NCBI RefSeq assembly: GCF_964355755.1
Contig: NC_092677.1
Span: 21,253,175 to 21,317,174 of the forward strand
Direction: 5' to 3'
From: Antedon mediterranea
Lineage: Eukaryota; Animalia; Echinodermata
DNA length: 64,000 nt
Both the position numbers and the translations under genes were made by a program. The notes under the pieces were generated by a model, which did no database searches, was not told the DNA's origin, and saw nothing but the letters and a program-made list of their open reading frames with translations. This document shows positions 27,030 through 40,300 of the stretch, one piece after another. The first letter of the stretch is position 1. Each line of letters begins with the position of its first letter.

Positions 27030-29267
27030 ACACAAAACATCAAAGTTTACAAAATAGCTTCAAATCGCATTTGGAGACGTTTTAGACCATTTTGTGATTT
27101 TCGAAAAAACTTGTTAACATAAAAACACCAAAGTGCTCAGAATACCTTCAAATCGCATTTTGAGACGTTTTAGACCATTTTGTGATTTTCGAAAAAACTT
27201 GTTAACATAAAAACACCAAAGTGCTCAGAATACCTTCAAATCGTGTTTTGAGACGTTTTAGACCATTTTGTGATTTTCGAAAAAACTTGTTAACATAAAA
27301 ACACCAAAGTGCTCAGAATACCTTCAAATCGCATTTTGAGACGTTTTAGACCATTTTGTGATTTTCGAAAAAACTTGATAAAATAAAAACACCAAAGTGC
27401 TCAGAATACCTTCAAATCGTGTTTTGAGACGTTTTAGACCATTTTGTAATTTTCGAAAAAACTTGTTAACATAAAAACACCAAAGTGCTCAGAATACCTT
27501 CACATCGCATTTTGAGACGTTTTAGACCATTTTGTGATTTTCGAAAAAACTTGTTAACATAAAAACACCAAAGTGCTCAGAAAAGCTTCAAATCGCATTT
27601 GGAGACGTTTTAAACCATTTTGTTCATTTCGATGAAACTTGGTTACACAAAAACATCAAAGAGCACAAAAGTATTTAAAAACGTTTTAGACCATTTTGAG
27701 CATTCCGACAAAACTTTTTCACACAAAACATCAAAGTGTACAGAATAGCTTTAAATCGCATTTGGAGACGTTTTAGACCATTTTGTAGTTTTCGAAAAAA
27801 CTTGTTAACATAAAAACACAAAAGAGCTTCAAATCGCATTTGGAGACGTTTTAGACCCTTTTGTGCATTTCGATGAAACTTGGTTACACAAAAACATCAA
27901 AGTGCTTAAAATCACATTAGAAACCGTTTTAGACCATTTTGAGCATTTCGTTAAAACTTTTCACACAAAAACATCAAAGTCCACAAAATAGCTTAATATC
28001 GTATTCAAAAATGTTTTAGACCATTTTGAGCATTTCGAAAAAACTTTTCCACACAAAACATCAAAGTTTACAAAATAGCTTCAAATCGCATTTGGAGACG
28101 TTTTAGACCATTTTGTGATTTTCGAAAAAACTTGTTAACATAAAAACACCAAAGTGCTCAGAATACCTTCAAATCGCATTTTGAGACGTTTTAGACCATT
28201 TTGTGATTTTCGAAAAAACTTGTTAACATAAAAACACCAAAGTGCTCAGAATACCTTCAAATCGTGTTTTGAGACGTTTTAGACCATTTTGTGATTTTCG
28301 AAAAAACTTGTTAACATAAAAACACCAAAGTGCTCAGAATACCTTCAAATCGCATTTTGAGACGTTTTAGACCATTTTGTGATTTTCGAAAAAACTTGAT
28401 AAAATAAAAACACCAAAGTGCTCAGAATACCTTCAAATCGTGTTTTGAGACGTTTTAGACCATTTTGTAATTTTCGAAAAAACTTGTTAACATAAAAACA
28501 CCAAAGTGCTCAGAATACCTTCACATCGCATTTTGAGACGTTTTAGACCATTTTGTGATTTTCGAAAAAACTTGTTAACATAAAAACACCAAAGTGCTCA
28601 GAAAAGCTTCAAATCGCATTTGGAGACGTTTTAAACCATTTTGTTCATTTCGATGAAACTTGGTTACACAAAAACATCAAAGAGCACAAAAGTATTTAAA
28701 AACGTTTTAGACCATTTTGAGCATTCCGACAAAACTTTTTCACACAAAACATCAAAGTGTACAGAATAGCTTTAAATCGCATTTGGAGACGTTTTAGACC
28801 ATTTTGTAGTTTTCGAAAAAACTTGTTAACATAAAAACACAAAAGAGCTTCAAATCGCATTTGGAGACGTTTTAGACCCTTTTGTGCATTTCGATGAAAC
28901 TTGGTTACACAAAAACATCAAAGTGCTTAAAATCACATTAGAAACCGTTTTAGACCATTTTGAGCATTTCGTTAAAACTTTTCACACAAAAACATCAAAG
29001 TCCACAAAATAGCTTAATATCGTATTCAAAAATGTTTTAGACCATTTTGAGCATTTCGAAAAAACTTTTCCACACAAAACATCAAAGTTTACAAAATAGC
29101 TTCAAATCGCATTTGGAGACGTTTTAGACCATTTTGTGATTTTCGAAAAAACTTGTTAACATAAAAACACCAAAGTGCTCAGAATACCTTCAAATCGCAT
29201 TTTGAGACGTTTTAGACCATTTTGTGATTTTCGAAAAAACTTGTTAACATAAAAACACCAAAGTGCT
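27030..29267 (+). repeat. Tandem duplication of a 1021-bp (12-monomer) unit
   Basis: Private markers cttgAtaaAata (~27375/28396) and ttcaaaaaTgtttt (28001/29022), offset 1021. Confidence 0.9.
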
Positions 29268-30399
29268 TAGAAAAGCTTCAAATCGCATTTGGAGACGTTT
29301 TAGACCATTTTTTGCATTTGGAGACGTTTTAGACCATTTTGTGCATTTCGATGAAACTTGGTTACACAAAAACATCAAAGTGTACAGAATAGCTTCAAAT
29401 CGCATTAGAAACCGTTTTAGACCATTTTGAGCATTTCGAAAAAACTTTTTCACACAAAACATCAAAGTGTACAAAATAGCTTCAAATCGCATTTGGAGAC
29501 GTTTTAGACAATTTTGTGATTTTCGAAAAAACTTGTTTACATAAAAACACCAAAGTGCTCAGAATAGCTTCCAATCGCATTTTGAGACGTTTTAGACCCT
29601 TTTGTGCATTTCGATGAAACTTGGTTACACAAAAACATCAAAGTGCTTAAAATCACAGTAGAAACCGTTTTAGACCATTTTGAGCATTTCGTTAAAATTT
29701 TTCACAGAAAAACATCAAAGAGCAAAAAATAGCTTAATATCGTATTTAAAAACGTTTTAGACCATTTTGAGCATTTCGACAAAACTTTTTCACACAAAAC
29801 ATCAAAGTGTACAGATAAGCTTCAAATCGCATTTGGAGACGTTTTAAACCATTTTGAGCATTTCGATAAAATTTTACACACAAAAATATCAAAGTGCACA
29901 AAATAGCTTAATATGGTATTTAAAAACGTTTTAGACCATTTTGAGCATTTCAACAAAACTTTTTCTCACAAAACATCAAAGTGTACAGAATAGCTTCAAA
30001 TCGCATTTGGAGACGTTTTAGACCATTTTGTGCATTTCGATTAAACTTGGTTACACAAAAACATCAAAGTGCTTAAAATCACATTTTGAGCATTTCGTTA
30101 AAACTTTTCACACAAAAACATCAAAGTCCACAAAATAGCTTAATATCGTATTTAAAAACGTTTTAGACCATTTTGAGCATTTCGAAAAAACTTTTTCACA
30201 CAAAACATCAAAGTTTACAAAATAGCTTCAAATCGCATTTGCAGACGTTTTAGACCATTTTGTGATTTTCGAAAAAAACTTGTTAACATAAAAACACCAA
30301 AGTGCTCAGAATACCTTCAAATCGCATTTGGAGACGTTTTAGACCATTTTGTGATTTTCGAAAAAACTTGTTAACATAAAAACACCAAAGTGCTTAGAA

Positions 30400-33300
30400 A
30401 AGCTTCAAATCGCATTTGGAGACGTTTTAGACCATTTTGTGCATTTCGATGAAACTTGGTTACACAAAAACATCAAAGTGCTTAAAATCACATTTTGAGC
30501 ATTTCGTTAAAACTTTTCACACAAAAACATCAAAGTCCACAAAATAGCTTAATATCGTATTTAAAAACGTTTTAGACCATTTTGAGCATTTCGAAAAAAC
30601 TTTTCCACACAAAACATCAAAGTTTACAAAATAGCTTCAAATCGCATTTGGAGACGTTTTAGACCATTTTGTGATTTTCGAAAAAACTTGTTAACATAAA
30701 AACACCAAAGTGCTCAGAATACCTTCAAATCGTGTTTTGAGACGTTTTAGACCATTTTGTAATTTTCGAAAAAACTTGTTAACATAAAAACACCAAAGTG
30801 CAAAGAATACCTTCACATCGCATTTTGAGACGTTTTAGACCATTTTGTGATTTTCGAAAAAACTTGTTAACATAAAGACACCAAAGTGCTTAGAAAAGCT
30901 TGAAATCGCATTTGGAGACGTTTTAGACCATTTTGTGCATTTCGATGAAACTTGGTTACACAAAAACATCAAAGTGCTTAAATTCACATTAGAAACCGTT
31001 TTAGACCATTTTGAGCATTTCGTTAAAACTTTTCACACAAAAACATCAAAGTCCACAAAATAGCTTATTATCGTATTTAAAAACGTTTTAGACCATTTTG
31101 AGCATTTCGAAAAAACTTTTCCATACAAAACATCAAAGTTTACAAAATAGCTTCAAATCGCATTTGGAGACGTTTTAGACCATTTTGTGATTTTCGAAAA
31201 AACTTGTTAACATAAAAACACCAAAGTGCTCAGAATACCTTCAAATCGTATTTTGAGACGTTTTAGACAATTTTGTGATTTTCGAAAAAACTTGTTAACA
31301 TAAAAACACCAAAGTGCTTAGAAAAGCTTCAAATCGCATTTGGAGACGTTTTAGACCATTTTGTGCATTTCGATGAAACTTTGTTACACAAAAACATCAA
31401 AGTGCTTAAAATCACATTTTGAGCATTTCGTTAAAACTTTTCACACAAAAACATCAAAGAGCAAAAAATAGCTTAATATCGTATTTAAAAACGTTTTAGA
31501 CCATTTTGAGCATTTCGACAAAACTTTTTCACACAAAACATCAAAGTGTACAAAATAGCTTCAAATCGCATTTGGAGACGTTTTAGACAATTTTGTGATT
31601 TTCGAAAAAACTTGTTTACATAAAAACACCAAAGTGCTAAGAATAGCTTCCAATCGCATTTGGAGACGTTTTAGACCCTTTTGTGCATTTCGATGAAACT
31701 TGGTTACACAAAAACATCAAAGTGCCTAAAATCACATTAGAAACCGTTTTAGAACATTTTGAGCATTTCGTTAAAATTTTTCACAGAAAAACATCAAAGA
31801 GCAAAAAATAGCTTAATATCGTATTTAAAAACGTTTTAGACCATTTTGAGCATTTCGACAAAACTTTTTCACAAAAAACAACAAAGTGTACAGAATAGCT
31901 TCAAATCGCATTTGGAGACGTTTTAACCCATTTTGAGCATTTCGATAAAATTTTACACACAAAAACATCAAAGTGCACAAAATAGCTTAATATGGTATTT
32001 AAAAACGTTTTAGACCATTTTGAGCATTTCAACAAAACTTTTTCTCACAAAACATCAAAGTGTACAGAATAGCTTCAAATCGCATTTGGAGACGTTTTAG
32101 ACCATTTTGTGCATTTCGATGAAACTTGGTTACACAAAAACATCAAAGTGCTTAAAATCACATTTTGAGCATTTCGTTAAAACTTTTCACACAAAAACAT
32201 CAAAGTCCACAAAATAGCTTAATATCGTATTTAAAAACGTTTTAGACCATTTTGAGCATTTCGAAAAAACTTTTCCACACAAAACATCAAAGTTTACAAA
32301 ATAGCTTCAAATCGCATTTGGAGACGTTTTAGACCATTTTGTGATTTTCGAAAAAACTTGTTAACATAAAAACACCAAAGTGCTCAGAATACCTTCAAAT
32401 CGTGTTTTGAGACGTTTTAGACCATTTTGTAATTTTCGAAAAAACTTGTTAACATAAAAACACCAAAGTGCTCAGAATACCTTCACATCGCATTTTGAGA
32501 CGTTTTAGACCATTTTGTGATTTTCGAAAAAACTTGTTAACATAAAAACACCAAAGTGCTTAGAAAAGCTTGAAATCGCATTTGGAGACGTTTTAGACCA
32601 TTTTGTGCATTTCGATGAAACTTGGTTACACAAAAACATCAAAGTGCTTAAAATCACATTAGAAACCGTTTTAGACCATTTTGAGCATTTCGTTAAAACT
32701 TTTCACACAAAAACATCAAAGTCCACAAAATAGCTTAATATCGTATTTAAAAACGTTTTAGACCATTTTGAGCATTTCGAAAAAACTTTTCCACACAAAA
32801 CATCAAAGTTTACAAAATAGCTTCAAATCGCATTTGGAGACGTTTTAGACCATTTTGTGATTTTCGAAAAAACTTGTTAACATAAAAACACCAAAGTGCT
32901 CAGAATACCTTCAAATCGTATTTTGAGACGTTTTAGACAATTTTGTGATTTTCAAAAAAACTTGTTAACATAAAAACACCAAAGTGCTTAGAAAAGCTTC
33001 ATATCGCATTTGGAGACGTTTTAGACCATTTTGTGCATTTCGATGAAACTTGGTTACACAAAAACATCAAAGTGCTTAAAATCACATTTTGAGCATTTCG
33101 TTAAAACTTTTCACACAAAAACATCAAAGAGCAAAAAATAGCTTAATATCGTATTTAAAAACGTTTTAGACCATTTTGAGCATTTCGACAAAACTTTTTC
33201 ACACAAAACATCAAAGTGTACAAAATAGCTTCAAATCGCATTTGGAGACGTTTTAGACAATTTTGTGATTTTCGAAAAAACTTGTTTACATAAAAACACC

Positions 33301-34074
33301 AAAGTGCTAAGAATAGCTTCCAATGGCATTTGGAGACGTTTTAGACCCTTTTGTGCATTTCGATGAAACTTGGTTACACAAAAACATCAAAGTGCTTAAA
33401 ATCACATTAGAAACCGTTTTAGAACATTTTGAGCATTTCGTTAAAATTTTTCACAGAAAAACATGAAAAGAGAAAAAAAATAGCTTAATATCGTATTTAA
33501 AAACGTTTTAGACCATTTTGAGCATTTCGACAAAACTTTTTCACACAAAACAACAAAGTGTACAGAATAGCTTCAAATCGCATTTGGAGACGTTTTAACC
33601 CATTTTGAGCATTTCGATAAAATTTTACACACAAAAACATCAAAGTGCACAAAATAGCTTAATATGGTATTTAAAAACGTTTTAGACCATTTTGAGCATT
33701 TCAACAAAACTTTTTCTCACAAAACATCAAAGTGTACAGAATAGCTTCAAATCGCATTTGGAGACGTTTTAGACCATTTTGTGCATTTCGATGAAACTTG
33801 GTTACACAAAAACATCAAAGTGCTTAAAATCACATTTTGAGCATTTCGTTAAAACTTTTCACACAAAAACATCAAAGTCCACAAAATAGCTTTATATCGT
33901 ATTTAAAAACGTTTTAGACCATTTTGAGCATTTCGAAAAAACTTTTCCACACAAAACATCAAAGTTTACAAAATAGCTTCAAATCGCATTTGGAGACGTT
34001 TTAGACCATTTTGTGATTTTCGAAAAAACTTGTTAACATAAAAACACCAAAGTGCTCAGAATACCTTCAAATCG
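30400..34074 (+). repeat. Tandem duplication of a ~1670-bp unit
   Basis: aaagtgctAagaatagcttcc at 31631/33301 and the private caAcaaagtg at 31879/33551; several substitutions separate the copies. Confidence 0.82.
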
Positions 34075-37000
34075 CATTTGGAGACGTTTTAGACCCTTTT
34101 GTGCATTTCGATGAAACTTGGTTACACAAAAACATCAAAGTGCTTAAAATCACATTAGAAACCGTTTTAGACCATTTTGAGCATTTCGTTAAAATTTTTC
34201 ACAGAAAAACATCAAAGAGCAAAAAATAGCTTAATATCGTATTTAAAAACGTTTTAGACCATTTTGAGCATTTCGACAAAACTTTTTCACACAAAACATC
34301 AAAGTGTACAGAATAGCTTCAAATCGCATTTGGAGACGTTTTAACCCATTTTGAGCATTTCGATAAAATTGTACACACAAAAACATCAAAGTGCACAAAA
34401 TAGCTTAATATGGTATTTAAAAACGTTTTAGACCATTTTGAGCATTTCAACAAAACTTTTTCTCACAAAACATCAAAGTGTACAGAATAGCTTCAAATCG
34501 CATTTGGAGACGTTTTAGACCATTTTGTGCATTTCGATGAAACTTGGTTACACAAAAACATCAAAGTGCTTAAAATCACATTTTGAGCATTTCGTTAAAA
34601 CTTTTCACACAAAAACATCAAAGTCCACAAAATAGCTTAATATCGTATTTAAAAACGTTTTAGACCATTTTGAGCATTTCGTAAAAACTTTTCCACACAA
34701 AACATCAAAGTTTACAAAATAGCTTCAAATCGCATTTGGAGACGTTTTAGACCATTTTGTGATTTTCGAAAAAAACTTGTTAACATAAAAACACCAAAGT
34801 GCTCAGAATACCTTCAAATCGTGTTTTGAGACGTTTTAGACCATTTTGTAATTTTCGAAAAAACTTGTTAACATAAAAACACCAAAGTGCTCAGAATACC
34901 TTCACATCGCATTTTGAGACGTTTTAGACCATTTTGTGATTTTCGAAAAAACTTGTTAACATAAAAACACCAAAGTGCTTAGAAAAGCTTGAAATCGCAT
35001 TTGGAGACGTTTTAGACCATTTTGTGCATTTCGATGAAACTTGGTTAAAGTGCTTAAAATCACATTTTGAGCATTTCGTTAAAACTTTTCACACAAAAAC
35101 ATCAAAGAGTAAAAAATAGCTTAATATCGTATTTAAAAACGTTTTAGACCATTTTGAGCATTTCGACAAAATTTTTTCACACAAAACATCAAAGTGTACA
35201 GAATAGCTTTAAATCGCATTTGGAGACGTTTTAGACCATTTTGTTCATTTCGATGAAACAAAAACACAAAAACATCAAATTGCACAAAATGGCTTAATAT
35301 GATATGGGAAAACGTTTTAGACCATTTTGAACATTTCGTTAAAAGTTTTCACAAAAAAACATCAAAGTCCACAAAATAGCTTAATATCGTATTTAAAAAC
35401 GTTTTAGACCATTTTGAGCATTTCGAAAAAACTTTTTCACACAAAACATCAAAGTTTACAAAATAGCTTCAAATCGCATTTGGAGACGTTTTAGACCATT
35501 TTGTGATTTTCGAAAAAACTTGTTAACATAAAAACACCAAAGTGCTCAGAATACCTTCAAATCGCATTTTGAGACGTTTTAGACCATTTTGTGATTTTCG
35601 AAAAAACTTGTTAACATAAAAACACCAAAGTGCTCAGAATACCTTCAAATCGTGTTTTGAGACGTTTTAGACCATTTTGTGATTTTGGAAAAACTTGTTA
35701 ACATAAAAACACCAAAGTGCTCAGAATACCTTCAAATCGCATTTGGAGACGTTTTAGACCATTTTGTGATTTTCGAAAAAACTTGTTAACATAAAAACAC
35801 CAAAGTGCTCAGAAAAGCTTCAAATCGCAATTGGAGACGTTTTAAACCATTTTGTTCATTTCGATGAAACTTGGTTACACAAAAACATCAAATTGCACAA
35901 AATGGCTTTATATGGTATGGGAAAACGTTTTAGACCATTTTGAACATTTCGAGAAAACTTTTTCACACAAAACTTCAAAGTTTACAGAATAGCTTCAAAT
36001 CGCATTAGAAACCGTTTTAGACCATTTTGAGCATTTCGAAAAAACTTTTTCACACAAAAAATCAAAGTTTACAAAATAGCTTCAAATCGCATTTGGAGAC
36101 GTTTTAGACCATTTTGTGATTTTCGAAAAAACTTGTTAACATAAAAACACCAAAGTGCTCAGAATACCTTCAAATCGCATTTTGAGACGTTTTAGACCAT
36201 TTTGTGATTTTCGAAAAAACTTGTTAACATAAAAATACCAAAGTGCTCAGAATACCTTCAAATCGTGTTTTGAGACGTTTTAGACCATTTTGTGATTTTC
36301 GAAAAAACTTGTTAACATAAAAACACCAAAGTGCTCAGAATACCTTCAAATCGCATTTGGAGACGTTTTAGACCATTTTGTGATTTTCGAAAAAACTTGT
36401 TAACATAAAAACACCAAAGTGCTCAGAAAAGCTTCAAATCACATTTGGAGACGTTTTAAACCATTTTGTTCATTTCGATGAAACTTGGTTACACAAAAAT
36501 ATCAAAGAGCACAAAAGTATTTAAAAACGTTTTAGACCATTTTGAGCATTCCGACAAAACTTTTTCACACAAAACATCAAAGTGTACAGAATAGCTTTAA
36601 ATCGCATTTGGAGACGTTTTAGACCATTTTGTAGTTTTCGAAAAAACTTGTTAACATAAAAACACAAAAGAGCTTCAAATCGCATTTGGAGACGTTTTAG
36701 ACCCTTTTGTGCATTTCGATGAAACTTGGTTACACAAAAACATCAAAGTGCTTAAAATCACATTAGAAACCGTTTTAGACCATTTTGAGCATTTCGTTAA
36801 AACTTTTCACACAAAAACATCAAAGTCCACAAAATAGCTTAATATCGTATTCAAAAACGTTTTAGACCATTTTGAGCATTTCGAAAAAACTTTTCCACAC
36901 GAAACATCAAAGTTTACAAAATAGCTTCAAATCGCATTTGGAGACGTTTTAGACCATTTTGTGATTTTCGAAAAAACTTGATAACATAAAAACACCAAAG

Positions 37001-37399
37001 TGCTCAGAATACCTTCAAATCGTGTTTTGAGACGTTTTAGACCATTTTGTAATTTTCGAAAAAACTTGTTAACATAAAAACACCAAAGTGCTCAGAATAC
37101 CTTCACATCGAATTTTGAGACGTTTTAGACCATTTTGTGATTTTCGAAAAAACTTGTTAACATAAAAACACCAAAGTGCTTAGAAAAGCTTGAAATCGCA
37201 TTTGGAGACGTTTTAGACCATTTTGTGCATTTCGATGAAACTTGGTTACACAAAAACATCAAAGTGCTTAAAATCACATTTTGAGCATTTCGTTAAAACT
37301 TTTCACACAAAAACATCAAAGTCCACAAAATAGCCTAATATCGTATTTAAAAACGTTTTAGACCATTTTGAGCATTTCGAAAAAACTTTTCCACACAAA

Positions 37400-40300
37400 A
37401 CATCAAAGTTTACAAAATAGCTTTAAATCGCATTTGGAGACGTTTTAGACCATTTTGTTCATTTCGATGAAACAAAAACACAAAAACATCAAATTGCACA
37501 AAATGGCTTAATATGATATGGGAAAACGTTTTAGACCATTTTGAACATTTCGTTAAAAGTTTTCACAAAAAAACATCAAAGTCCACAAAATAGCTTAATA
37601 TCGTATTTAAAAACGTTTTAGGCCATTTTGAGCATTTCGAAAAAACTTTTTCACACAAAACATCAAAGTTTACAAAATAGCTTCAAATCGCATTTGGAGA
37701 CGTTTTAGACCATTTTGTGATTTTCGAAAAAACTTGTTAACATAAAAACACCAAAGTGCTCAGAATACCTTCAAATCGCATTTTGAGACGTTTTAGACCA
37801 TTTTGTGATTTTCGAAAAAACTTGTTAACATAAAAACACCAAAGTGCTCAGAATACCTTCAAATCGTGTTTAGAGACGTTTTAGACCATTTTGTGATTTT
37901 GGAAAAACTTGTTAACATAAAAACACCAAAGTGCTCAGAATACCTTCAAATCGCATTTGGAGACGTTTTAGACCATTTTGTGATTTTCGAAAAAACTTGT
38001 TAACATAAAAACACCAAAGTGCTCAGAAAAGCTTCAAATCGCAATTGGAGACGTTTTAAACCATTTTGTTCAATTCGATGAAACTTGGTTACACAAAAAC
38101 ATCAAATTGCACAAAATGGCTTAATATGGTATGGGAAAACGTTTTAGACCATTTTGAACATTTCGAGAAAACTTTTTCACACAAAACTTCAAAGTGTACA
38201 GAATAGCTTCAAATCGCATTAGAAACCGTTTTAGACCATTTTGAGCATTTCGAAAAAACTTTTTCACACAAAACATCAAAGTTTACAAAATAGCTTCAAA
38301 TCGCATTTGGAGACGTTTTAGACCATTTTGTAATTTTCGAAAAAACTTGTTAACATAAAAACACCAAAGTGCTCAGAATACCTTCAAATCGCATTTTGAG
38401 ACGTTTTAGACCATTTTGTGATTTTCGAAAAAACTTGTTAACATAAAAATACCAAAGTGCTCAGAATACCTTCAAATCGTGTTTTGAGACGTTTTAGACC
38501 ATTTTGTGATTTTCGAAAAAACTTAACATAAAAACACCAAAGTGCTCAGAATACCTTCAAATCGCATTTGGAGACGTTTTAGACCATTTTGTGATTTTGG
38601 AAAAAACTTGTTAACATAAAAACACCAAAGTGCTTAGAAAAGCTTCAAATCGCATTTGGAGACGTTTTAGACCCTTTTGTGCATTTCGATGAAACTTGGT
38701 TACACAAAAACATCAAAGTGCTTAAAATCACAGTAGAAACCGTTTTAGACCATTTTGAGCATTTCGTTAAAATTTTTCACAGAAAAACATCAAAGAGCAA
38801 AAAATAGCTTAATATCGTATTTGAAAACGTTTTAGACCATTTTGAGCATTTCGACAAAACTTTTTCACACAAAACATCAAAGTGTACAGATAAGCTTCAA
38901 ATCGCATTTGGAGACGTTTTAAACCATTTTGAGCATTTCGATAAAATTTTACACACAAAAACATCAAAGTGCACAAAATAGCTTAATATGGTATTTAAAA
39001 ACGTTTTAGACCATTTTGAGCATTTCAACAAAACTTTTTCTCACAAAACATCAAAGTGTACAGAATAGCTTCAAATCGCATTTGGAGACGTTTTAGACCA
39101 TTTTGTGCATTTCGATGAAACTTGGTTACACAAAAACATCAAAGTGCTTAAAATCACATTTTGAGCATTTCGTTAAAACTTTTCACACAAAAACATCAAA
39201 GTCCACAAAATAGCTTAATATCTTATTTAAAAACGTTTTAGACCATTTTGAGCATTTCGAAAAAACTTTTTCACACAAAACATCAAAGTTTACAAAATAG
39301 CTTCAAATCGCATTTGGAGACGTTTTAGACCATTTTGTGATTTTCGAAAAAACTTGTTAACATAAAAACACCAAAGTGCTCAGAATACCTTCAAATCGCA
39401 TTTGGAGACGTTTTAGACCATTTTGTGATTTTCGAAAAAACTTGTTAACATAAAAACACCAAAGTGCTTAGAAAAGCTTCAAATCGCATTTGGAGATGTT
39501 TTAGACCATTTTGTGCATTTCGATGAAACTTGGTTACACAAAAACATCAAAGTGCTTAAAATCACATTTTGAGCATTTCGTTAAAACTTTTCACACAAAA
39601 ACATCAAAGTCCACAAAATAGCTTAATATCGTATTTAAAAACGTTTTAGACCATTTTCAGCATTTCGAAAAAACTTTTCCACACAAAACATCAAAGTTTA
39701 CAAAATAGCTTCAAATCGCATTTGGAGACGTTTTAGACCATTTTGTGATTTTCGAAAAAACTTGTTAACATAAAAACACCAAAGTGCTCAGAATACCTTC
39801 AAATCGTGTTTTGAGACGTTTTAGACCATTTTGTAATTTTCGAAAAAACTTGTTAACATAAAAACACCAAAGTGCTCAGAATACCTTCACATCGCATTTT
39901 GAGACGTTTTAGACCATTTTGTGATTTTCGAAAAAACTTGTTAACATAAAAACACCAAAGTGCTTAGAAAAGCTTGAAATCGCATTTGGAGACGTTTTAG
40001 ACCATTTTGTGCATTTCGATGAAACTTGGTTACACAAAAACATCAAAGTGCTTAAAATCACATTTTGAGCATTTCGTTAAAACTTTTCACACAAAAACAT
40101 CAAAGAGTAATAAATAGCTTAATATCGTATTTAAAAACGTTTTAGACCATTTTGAGCATTTCGACAAAATTTTTTCAAACAAAACATCAAAGTGTACAGA
40201 ATAGCTTTAAATCGCATTTGGAGACGTTTTAGACCATTTTGTTCATTTCGATGAAACAAAAACACAAAAACATCAAATTGCACAAAATGGCTTAATATGA

